Positions 56,615 through 64,000 of a DNA stretch of 64,000 nt are shown piece by piece. Where the stretch lies: contig CAWAUV010000007.1 in assembly GCA_963785305.1 (NCBI GenBank), positions 2,016,001 to 2,080,000 of the forward strand, written 5' to 3'. This DNA comes from an uncultured Planctomycetaceae bacterium (GTDB lineage Bacteria > Planctomycetota > Planctomycetia > Pirellulales > PALSA-1355). Each line of letters begins with the position of its first letter. Positions within the stretch are counted from its first letter, which is position 1. The position numbers were made by a program, and so were the translations under genes. Below the pieces are notes generated by a model that was not told where the DNA came from, did no database searches, and was given only the letters and a program-made list of their open reading frames with translations.

Positions 56615-56873
56615 AAGTATCGAAGTATCGCGGAATCGCGAGAGCGCTCTGGCGCCAGGGAGCGGCTTGCGGTAGTTTTCCGCTCCCCGCGATGGCGCCA
56701 GCGTGACGAAATTTTTTGACCCCCGGCGCCGCCAACCGTTGGAGAATTTCCCTCCGGCCGTTCGATGAAGCATGGATAGGGCGCGTGCGTTCACGGCGGT
56801 TTCGCCTCCCGCGCGGCAAGAGGCCGGCGGATGCTTTTTTCATTCCCCCCAAAGGGAAGGGATTCCCCCGCGT

Positions 56874-57542
56874 ATGGACCGCAGAACATTTCTTGCCCGG
56901 ACCGCGCTCTCGCTCGCTTCCGCGGCGATGCTCGCCGGCTGCAAGGCCAATCAATTCGCCAAGGTGCGGAAGCCCGGCGAAGGCGACATGGTGGGCAGCC
57001 ATCAGGCCGGCGCCGAAACCTTCAAACCGCTCGTCGAACAAGCCACCAGCGAGCTGCTCAGCCGGCATTGCCAGCAGGTCGTTCCGGTGGGCACCCTTCC
57101 GCCGCCCCCGCTCAAGATTTGCTTCGTCGGCGTCGAAAATTGCAGCGCCGAGGAAATTGGCGACTTCAAGGATCAAATCTACGAATGCATCGACACCAAA
57201 ATCCTGCAGTCGCAAGTCTTTCAACCGGTGAGCAAACGCTTCGTCGACGCCGGGCTCATGCAGACCCGCTTGCGGCCCGAACAGTTGTTCGTGCCCGACA
57301 ACATGCGGGCCTTCACCGGCGTGATGCAGCAGCAGGGGCAACCAATCGACGCGCTGCTCTACGCCAAGCTCACCTCGGGCACCACGCGCGAAAACAAGGA
57401 CTACCAGCGCGACTACTTGCTGACGCTCGAACTGGTGGATGTGCATAACGGCTCGTCGGACAAACAGTCCGCCACCCTCAGCAAGGGCTACTACCATTCG
57501 CGCCCGGCCAAGTGGCTCAGCTTCACCGGACTCAAGAACTGA
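56874..57542 (+). CDS. LpoB-like lipoprotein (penicillin-binding protein activator family)
   Basis: RRTFL leader plus lipobox LAGC; FVGVENCSAEE and QRDYLLTLELVD resemble the LpoB/CsgG fold. Confidence 0.7.
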   Translation: MDRRTFLARTALSLASAAMLAGCKANQFAKVRKPGEGDMVGSHQAGAETFKPLVEQATSELLSRHCQQVVPVGTLPPPPLKICFVGVENCSAEEIGDFKDQIYECIDTKILQSQVFQPVSKRFVDAGLMQTRLRPEQLFVPDNMRAFTGVMQQQGQPIDALLYAKLTSGTTRENKDYQRDYLLTLELVDVHNGSSDKQSATLSKGYYHSRPAKWLSFTGLKN

Positions 57543-57545
57543 TTC

Positions 57546-58889
57546 GTGCGCATGCGACTCGTAGCTCGTCTTGGAATTTTGTCGAGCCTCGTGATGGCGC
57601 TCGTGGGCTCGGGCTGCGCGACCTATGCCGACCGGCTGGCCGGCATTCGCGAGCAGTTTCGGCTCAACGATCTTACCGGCGCCCAAGAAGACTTGGCCAA
57701 GGCGGCCCGGCATCGTTCGGACCGCGACGTGGTGAATCTCGACACCGCGATCATCAAATTGGCCGACGGCAAGCCGAAGGAAGCGGAAAAGATTCTCCGC
57801 CAGATGCGCGATGAATTCGATCGGCTCGAAGGCGTCAAGGTGGGCGAAAAAGCCGTATCGATGCTCACCGACAGCACCCACGAAAGCTACAAGGGCGAGG
57901 ACTACGAGAAGGTGCTGATTCGCGCCATGCTCGCGATCTCGAACCTGATGGGCGACGGCGGCGACGCCGGCGCCTATGCGCTGCAAGTCTCCGAGAAGCA
58001 GCAGCAGATCATCGAAGCCGGCAAGGGCAAGGACGGCGAGAACCCGAAGCTCGGCTACAAGCAAGTGGCGTTTGGCCCGTATCTGAGCGGCGCGCTTCGC
58101 GAGGCCACGCACAGCAACTACGACGACGTGGCCCGCGCTTGCACTTTGGTGTGCAACTGGCAGCCCGAGTTTCCTTTCGCCCAACAAGACCTGGAGCGGG
58201 CCCGCCACGGCCGGCATTCGGCGCCGGGCAACGGAGTGGTCTATGTGATCGGGCTCGTCGGCGTGGGGCCCCACAAGGAAGAAGCGGTCGAGATCGCGAG
58301 CACCGTGTCGCTCCTCATTGCCGATCGCATCTTGAGCGCCCTCGGAAATCAAGACCTGCCGCCCACGATCGCGCCCGTGAAAGTGCCCAAGGTGGTGCTC
58401 GCCACGAGCGATCCGGGCGCGGTGGGAGTGGCGGTCGATGGCACGCCGGTGGGTCGCACCGCCACGATTACCGACATCGGCCGCATGGCGGTCGACCAAT
58501 ACGACGCGATCTATCCGCGCGTGATCGCCGAAGCCGTGGTGCGGCGAGTGGTGAAGAAAGCCGTGATCTACGGCGCCATGGAAGCCACCGGCACCAAGAA
58601 AGATTCGCTCCAAAGCGTGGGCTTCGATCTCTTGGGCATTGCCTGGGAAGCCAGCGAATCGGCCGATACTCGGTGCTGGGGCCTGCTGCCCGAGAAGATT
58701 CAAGTGCTGCGATTGGAACTTCCGGCGGGCGATCATCAGGTGACGCTGCAAAAGATCGGCGCCACCGGCTATGCGCTCGGCCGCGCCTCGACGACCACTG
58801 TGCATGTGGAAAACGGCCGCAATTCATACATGCTGGCCAATTTCCCCGACTACAACCTCGTCGGCCAAGTGCTCACCAACACACCTTAA
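57546..58889 (+). CDS. COG3014-like TPR lipoprotein
   Basis: Lipobox GSGC, YKGEDYEKVLI and ADTRCWGLLP motifs; usual neighbour of LpoB-like genes. Confidence 0.75.
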   Translation: MRMRLVARLGILSSLVMALVGSGCATYADRLAGIREQFRLNDLTGAQEDLAKAARHRSDRDVVNLDTAIIKLADGKPKEAEKILRQMRDEFDRLEGVKVGEKAVSMLTDSTHESYKGEDYEKVLIRAMLAISNLMGDGGDAGAYALQVSEKQQQIIEAGKGKDGENPKLGYKQVAFGPYLSGALREATHSNYDDVARACTLVCNWQPEFPFAQQDLERARHGRHSAPGNGVVYVIGLVGVGPHKEEAVEIASTVSLLIADRILSALGNQDLPPTIAPVKVPKVVLATSDPGAVGVAVDGTPVGRTATITDIGRMAVDQYDAIYPRVIAEAVVRRVVKKAVIYGAMEATGTKKDSLQSVGFDLLGIAWEASESADTRCWGLLPEKIQVLRLELPAGDHQVTLQKIGATGYALGRASTTTVHVENGRNSYMLANFPDYNLVGQVLTNTP

Positions 58890-58918
58890 CTCCGATCCAG
58901 CAACTCCCCCCGCTCGCC

Positions 58919-58951
58919 TAATCGACTGTTGAATATTTCAACAGGCTACTA
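58919..58951. repeat. IS-end-like palindrome, copy 2
   Basis: TAATCGACTGTTGAATATTTCAACAGGCTACTA. Confidence 0.8.
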
Positions 58952-58983
58952 ACCGAAGAGCGTCGCGTGGCGGCTTCCGCCTT

Positions 58984-59610
58984 TTAACGAAGCGGCGTCG
59001 GTTCGCCCTGGGCCAAGTCCCAGAGAATGCCATCGGGGCCCGCGTTGACGACCGCCGTCGAGCCCAGCCACTCCCAGCGGCCGGAGCAGGCGTGGATGTG
59101 GCCCGAGACCACGAGCCGCGGCCAGCAGCGCTCGATCGTCGCGCGCAGCGCTCGGCTGCCGTGGTGCTCGCCATGCGACCGCATGTCCAGCACTCCGTGG
59201 GGCGGTGAATGTGACACCAGCACGCATGCCTCCGGACAATCGTCCAGCAGACTTTCGGCCTCGACTTCGGTGAAGTCCCAGCTCCAGGAGCCGAACGGCG
59301 TCACCGGCACTCCGCCGCCAAGGCCAAAAAACGGCACGCCCTCGATCACGCTGCCCGAGCCGTGTAGCACGCGGGCCGAGGGCCACAGCGCGGCTGCGGC
59401 CGTGAGCTCGGCGAGCGATTCATTGTTGCCCGGCACAAGCACTGCCGGCTTGCAAACTTCGGCCAGCTCTTCCAGGCAGTCCCGCGTGTAACGCCGCGAG
59501 GAGCCGAAATCGCCGGCGCCCACCAACACATCGGCCTGGGCCGCGCGGGCCACCAGCCGCCGGGCCGCGTCGCGATCGCAATGCAAATCACTAAAAAGCA
59601 GCAGGCGCAT
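58984..59610 (-). CDS. Icc-like metallophosphoesterase
   Basis: FSDLH, GAGD, PGNNE, SHSPP and SGHIH motifs. Confidence 0.9.
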   Translation of the reverse strand: MRLLLFSDLHCDRDAARRLVARAAQADVLVGAGDFGSSRRYTRDCLEELAEVCKPAVLVPGNNESLAELTAAAALWPSARVLHGSGSVIEGVPFFGLGGGVPVTPFGSWSWDFTEVEAESLLDDCPEACVLVSHSPPHGVLDMRSHGEHHGSRALRATIERCWPRLVVSGHIHACSGRWEWLGSTAVVNAGPDGILWDLAQGEPTPLR

Positions 59611-59667
59611 CAGTAATTCTCCGGCGGAAAGCGAAACCGACCCACCAATACCCCACTTCGGCGACTT

Positions 59668-59695
59668 TAGCAACCTGTTGAAATATTCAACCGGC
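59668..59695. repeat. IS-end-like palindrome, copy 3 (opposite orientation)
   Basis: TAGCAACCTGTTGAAATATTCAACCGGC. Confidence 0.75.
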
Positions 59696-60199
59696 CGTGC
59701 CGCGCCATGGATCGCGCTCGGCGCCGTGATCGGGAAAATCTCCAACGCAACCGGCTCTCGTTCGCCAACGCGCGCGTCGCCAGCTGCTGGCTTGATGGCG
59801 CCGGCAGGGCGGGCCTAATCGGACTGGACATTCTCTTCGGAAAAGTCGATCTATCTTGCGTGGCCACGGACCGACGACCGCCACGGGGCTGGCCGCCGCG
59901 ACACGGTTTCGCGGCCGGCGCCGCGAATGGCATTGCAGCCGGCGACCGAGGGCGGTATTTGCTCATTTTTCGAATCGCGCCTACTTCGTCGCGCACATCG
60001 AACAACTCGCGGATCACGGCGTCGCAAGGGCGCCAAACAGCGAGGATCAAAAGGAAGTCTTTTCATGATATCGGCCTTCGCGGTGTTCTGTTTCGGCCTT
60101 TGGCAACTGCGCAAGCTCGCCGCCCGCCGACCAAGCGTGGGCCGGCCGTAAAACGTCGCTCGGGGTTCGCATGCAAAGAGTCCGCCGCCGGCCTTCGGA

Positions 60200-60273
60200 G
60201 CCTATCCGACAACTCCCCCCCTGCCCATTGGGAAGAGGGTAGGGCGAGGGCTCACCGAAGTTCTCGGATAGGC
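60200..60273. repeat. Small MITE-like element enclosing a REP-like hairpin
   Basis: Inverted repeats GCCTATCCGACAACT / AGTTCTCGGATAGGC (14/15) around CCCCCTGCCCATTGGGAAGAGGGTAGGGCGAGGG. Confidence 0.65.
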
Positions 60274-60316
60274 CCTAAAGAGCTTTCGCGCCGATTTGCT
60301 TTTCAAAAGACGCATC

Positions 60317-60790
60317 ATGCCGATTCGAACTTGGAACACGCCGCGAAATCGCCGCTATGTCGCGCGGTTTCTGATCATCGGCGGCTGCGCCACGGCGGTC
60401 GATCTCACGGCGTATTTATTGCTCACCCAAAGTGCCGGTCTCGCGCCGGCCGCGGCCAAGACCTGTAGCTACTTGATCGGCATGGCGCCCGGTTTCTTGG
60501 GTAACAAGTTTTGGACCTTTGGCTCGAAGCGGCACTCGCTCTCCGAGCCGGCGATCTACGCCACGCTCTATGGAACCACGCTCGCGGTGAATGTTTCGCT
60601 CAACAGCGCCGCGCTATCGGTCTTGGGACACGCGCTGCCGATGAAATTGATCGCCTTCGTATCCGCCACCTCGGTCACGACGCTGCTCAACTTTCTCGGC
60701 CTGCGACTCATCGCCTTCCGCCACGGCATCCGTGAAGCCGAAGCGACAACCGTCTTCACAGCCTCCTCGCCCGCGCACGACGCCGCTTGA
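60317..60790 (+). CDS. GtrA-family protein
   Basis: RFLIIGGCATAVD and FLGNKFWTF motifs with four TM segments. Confidence 0.88.
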   Translation: MPIRTWNTPRNRRYVARFLIIGGCATAVDLTAYLLLTQSAGLAPAAAKTCSYLIGMAPGFLGNKFWTFGSKRHSLSEPAIYATLYGTTLAVNVSLNSAALSVLGHALPMKLIAFVSATSVTTLLNFLGLRLIAFRHGIREAEATTVFTASSPAHDAA

Positions 60791-60882
60791 ATGCGACGCC
60801 CGTAAACGCGACGGCAAGCCACCCCCTCTCCCTCCGGCAAAGGGCAGGCTGAGGGCTCCCAAACAGGCAGCCGGTTGAATAT

Positions 60883-61893
60883 TCATGGCTTCGCCGACGT
60901 GAGCTTTTCGACCAGGAATTTGATGGGGGTCGGGTGCTCGACGCCGGACGCGTTCGGATAGATCAGCTCGCACGACACGCCCACCTCGCGACACTTCTCT
61001 TGCAAAGGCACGCCGTAATTCGCCGAATGCGTCGGGTCCTTGGTGTCCTTCCCCATTTCGGGCGCCGAACCATAGTACAACGCCACCGGCGGATCGTCGG
61101 ATGTCACCAAGTGGTACGGAGAATACTCCTTGATCCACGGCATGATCTCATCGCGATGGGCTAGCCACTGCGCGAAACCGTTTTGCTTCTTCGCCGGGTC
61201 GCCGTTGAAGCCGAAGGCGTGGCCACCATAGTTGGCATTGGGCATCCACTCGCGAACAAGCCGCGGATCGAAACATGTCTGAGCGCCATTCACCGCGGCG
61301 CAGTGCAGCCGCGTCGACTCGCGCGCCACCGGGTCATCGCTCTTCGGATCGGCCATGTCGTCGTGAAACGCCAGCCATAGGCTACTGGCGGCGCCGGCGG
61401 AGCCACCAGTCGCCCCGATTCGGGTCTTGTCAAGTTTCCACTCCGACGCTTTCGAGCGCACGAACTGGAGCGCGCGAGCCGCGTCGCCAAGCGGCCATTG
61501 CACCGGCGGCTTGATTCCAGCCGCGTCGGCTTGTTGCGTGAACCGATATTCGATCGACACCACCGAGATTCCCGCCCGATGATAACTCTTCACATCGACG
61601 CCCTTCGCCTTATCGCCCCCGCGCCAGCCGCCGCCATGAATGAAGAACACGACCGGCGTCGGCGTCTTCGACTCGCATTGATAAAAGTCGAGCACCTGTC
61701 GCGGGTCGTTGCCATAAGCGACGTTCGCCAGGGTCGGCGGTTGCTCGGGCGCGGATTTCTTCCCGTCCGCCGGTTGCTGCGCGGCGGGAGCGTCCGCGGG
61801 TTGCTTCGCGGCGAGAGCGTCCGCCGCAATCGCCGCTCGCGATGCGCACCGCGACGAGAGAACCACGAGCAAGATTGCGGCAGTGCGGAACAT
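60883..61893 (-). CDS. Exported alpha/beta hydrolase (HSL-like esterase)
   Basis: IHGGGW, GGSAG nucleophile elbow, signal peptide. Confidence 0.9.
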   Translation of the reverse strand: MFRTAAILLVVLSSRCASRAAIAADALAAKQPADAPAAQQPADGKKSAPEQPPTLANVAYGNDPRQVLDFYQCESKTPTPVVFFIHGGGWRGGDKAKGVDVKSYHRAGISVVSIEYRFTQQADAAGIKPPVQWPLGDAARALQFVRSKASEWKLDKTRIGATGGSAGAASSLWLAFHDDMADPKSDDPVARESTRLHCAAVNGAQTCFDPRLVREWMPNANYGGHAFGFNGDPAKKQNGFAQWLAHRDEIMPWIKEYSPYHLVTSDDPPVALYYGSAPEMGKDTKDPTHSANYGVPLQEKCREVGVSCELIYPNASGVEHPTPIKFLVEKLTSAKP

Positions 61894-62141
61894 GATGGGG
61901 GCGCCTTCTGGTTCGAGGATTGGAATCGTTGCCTGGGCGGGATTGGCCCGCGTGGCAAGAAAGCCACGCATGCGCGCCGCGTCGTCGGGCACGATCGGTT
62001 TTCGTCCGGCGATCGCCGGTTGTCAATGTTTGGAGCGAAACAACATGTCTCACGACTCAAAAGCCGGGCAAACTCCTTCAATGCAAGCAGAAGGAAGACC
62101 CGTTCGGCTATTCTCGAATGCCCCGGGGATAGAGGATTTTG

Positions 62142-62870
62142 TTAGCTCGCCGCGATCGCCATGGCATGCGTCGTGCGGCTCGCCGCGCCAAGGCCGCCGC
62201 CGCTCGCGGCCGGCTCGATCGTTTTGATCCGCCGGCCCAGGCTGTCGTACACATAGCGCGTGGTCGCGCCGTTGGGATCGGTTTGGGCGACCATGTTGCC
62301 ATTGGGATCGTAGACGTAGCTGGTCGTGGGGCCGGGACCGGAGCCGCTGGCCGCCGGCTGCGTGACGCTCGATTGCTCGCCGGCGCCGTTGTAGGCGTAC
62401 GTCGTCACGCGGCCCAGCGGATCGATCACGGCGACCACCTCGTTGTCGGCGTCGTACAGCGTGCTCGTCGTCGGGCCTTGGCCCGCGCCGCCCGAGGGAT
62501 TGGGCGCGACAATGGCCACCTGCCGCTCGAGGCCGTCGTACACGTACCGCGTCGTGGCGCCGTTGGGATCGGTCATGGAAAGCTCGTTGCCGGCGGCGTC
62601 ATACGTATAGGTAGTGGTCGGCGCGGCGGCGCCGGCGGAGGGCGCGGGCTGCGTCACCGAAATCTCGCGACCGTCGCCGTCATACGCATAGCTGGTCACG
62701 TTGCCGAGCGCGTCGGTCATGCTGGTCACTTCGCCATCGAGGTCGTACCCGACATACGTCGTCGGCCCGCCGCCCGCCGCCCCGGTCGCCGCGCTGGGCG
62801 CGATCGTCTCGGTTTGCTGGCCAAGCGCATTATACACATACTCGGTCGTGTTTCCGTCGCCGTCGGTCAC
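62142..62870 (-). pseudogene. Orphan YD/RHS-repeat fragment
   Basis: About five units of the type PTTxYxYDxxGNxxSxTDPxGxxTxYxYDxxGR. No RHS core end, toxin tip or convincing start. Confidence 0.85.
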
Positions 62871-62919
62871 GCCGATGCGCCATGCGCAACGCGCGTGGGC
62901 GCGCCACCAACCGCATTCT

Positions 62920-62949
62920 CATGCCCACGACAAGCGCGGGCATGGCACC
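62920..62949. repeat. REP-like hairpin
   Basis: CATGCCCACG-ACAAG-CGCGGGCATG-GCACC, an imperfect palindrome with a short tail. One copy in the window. Confidence 0.55.
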
Positions 62950-63088
62950 CGGCGCCGCATGAAGCCGCCCGCTTCCCATGCCCTTCCCAACCACGGCCGA
63001 AACGCCGAAGGGAAGGCTGCGCGCCGAAGCGGCAAAACAACGTTGGCGCGCGCCCAGGCTGTTTCCCCGGGAACCGTGGCACGCCGCG

Positions 63089-63982
63089 TTACCGCTCCGC
63101 CCGGATTGAGTTTTCCGGAGGAACAGGAGACCACTGGATTTTGATATCAGGTCTCTTAGTACCTAATATCATAAATCCGTCGTGGCTAACAAACGTGTTT
63201 CTAATGTCAACGAATTGAAGTGTGGCGATGGAAGCGATTTGCGAGATAGAAACATCGGATATACTTGTGCCGTTTAAATCTAATTCTCGCAATTGAGTGA
63301 AACGCCGCGGCGAGGCAAACGAGGCATCAGTCACGCCGTCGTTAGAAGCCATACAAAGCTTCTGGAGGCTGCGAGAACGTGAAAGTTCAGCAAGACACCG
63401 ATTGCTAATTCGAGTGGAGGCGAGCGAAAGATCGGTTAAACACTTACATGAGGCAATTTTAGCGACACCGTCGTCAGATATTAATGTACCGTCGAGATAC
63501 AACTTCCTAAGCCGAGGAAATTGCCGAACCAATGCGACTGAGCGGTCGTCAATTCGCGTAAACAGTAAAGACAATATTTCGATGTTGGTTAAGTGCGCCA
63601 GCCCGTGCAAGTCAGACCCGGATAGGCCGCTATGGCTAATATGGAGCTTGCGAAGCCGGCCGAACGCTTGCAGCGATTCGAGAGTATCGCAACTAACATT
63701 GCACCCGCTTAAATCAACGGCGACCACGGAATCGAGCCATTGCGGCGCTGATGACATAAACAGCGACGGCGGCTTCTCGGGAAAGCCATCGCTTGCATCA
63801 AGCGTAATCATCGGGGAAACGAGATCGTTAGAAGCGCCGTAGTAAACGTCGCCCCCAGCGGATTTTATAATATCAATCGCTCGTTCTTGCCGTAAAATAG
63901 ATTGAACAAACAAAGCACATGTAATGCCGCACAACCCAACAAAGAGCAGCAAAGAGCGGAGCGAAAATCGCGGGCGCTTCAT
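63089..63982 (-). CDS. Membrane-anchored leucine-rich-repeat protein (planctomycete type)
   Basis: MKRPRFSLRSLLLFV leader and repeats such as LRKLYLDGTLISDDGV and LRELDLNGTSISDVSI. Visibly AT-rich. Confidence 0.88.
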   Translation of the reverse strand: MKRPRFSLRSLLLFVGLCGITCALFVQSILRQERAIDIIKSAGGDVYYGASNDLVSPMITLDASDGFPEKPPSLFMSSAPQWLDSVVAVDLSGCNVSCDTLESLQAFGRLRKLHISHSGLSGSDLHGLAHLTNIEILSLLFTRIDDRSVALVRQFPRLRKLYLDGTLISDDGVAKIASCKCLTDLSLASTRISNRCLAELSRSRSLQKLCMASNDGVTDASFASPRRFTQLRELDLNGTSISDVSISQIASIATLQFVDIRNTFVSHDGFMILGTKRPDIKIQWSPVPPENSIRAER

Positions 63983-64000
63983 AATCTACTCCTATGGCAA

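Noticed and set aside
1..64000. Retron, DGR, group II intron, integron or CBASS
   Set aside because: No reverse transcriptase, integrase or attC array was seen. The NTase lacks recognisable CD-NTase context such as Cap effectors or Cap2/Cap3.

Overview
GC-rich bacterial chromosome segment. DUF1549/DUF1553, DUF1501, DUF1570 and DUF11 genes and a long SecA point to a Planctomycete, probably Pirellulales-like. Single-base frameshifts are frequent even in essential genes (secA, waaA, glmM), so this is most likely an unpolished long-read assembly. (1) 1-7.7 kb: decayed phage-like element abutting the 3' end of tRNA-Arg(UCU), with an IS630 end, internally deleted IS66 and IS1380 copies, a tape-measure gene with no tail-tip genes after it, an ECF sigma factor and a perfect 14-bp inverted repeat. 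(2) 8-62 kb: mostly housekeeping and envelope genes (sugar transferase, VWA protein, Memo, acyl-CoA synthetase, PlsC-like, PPIase, waaA, secA, rfbF, glmM, sucCD, ClC, MFS, ArsB/NhaD, LpoB-like, GtrA). This backbone is interrupted by two more AT-rich two-gene cassettes and one ISKra4-like IS whose 9-bp target occurs four times. The cassettes are an IetAS-type AAA ATPase + S8 protease pair and a tightly coupled Pol-beta nucleotidyltransferase + endonuclease-IV-like TIM-barrel pair; the latter is my best candidate for an undescribed defence or toxin-antitoxin system. (3) 62-64 kb: an orphan YD/RHS fragment and an AT-rich LRR gene. Short palindromes resembling fused IS ends are dispersed through the window. 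All family assignments come from motif recognition by eye, not from database searches.
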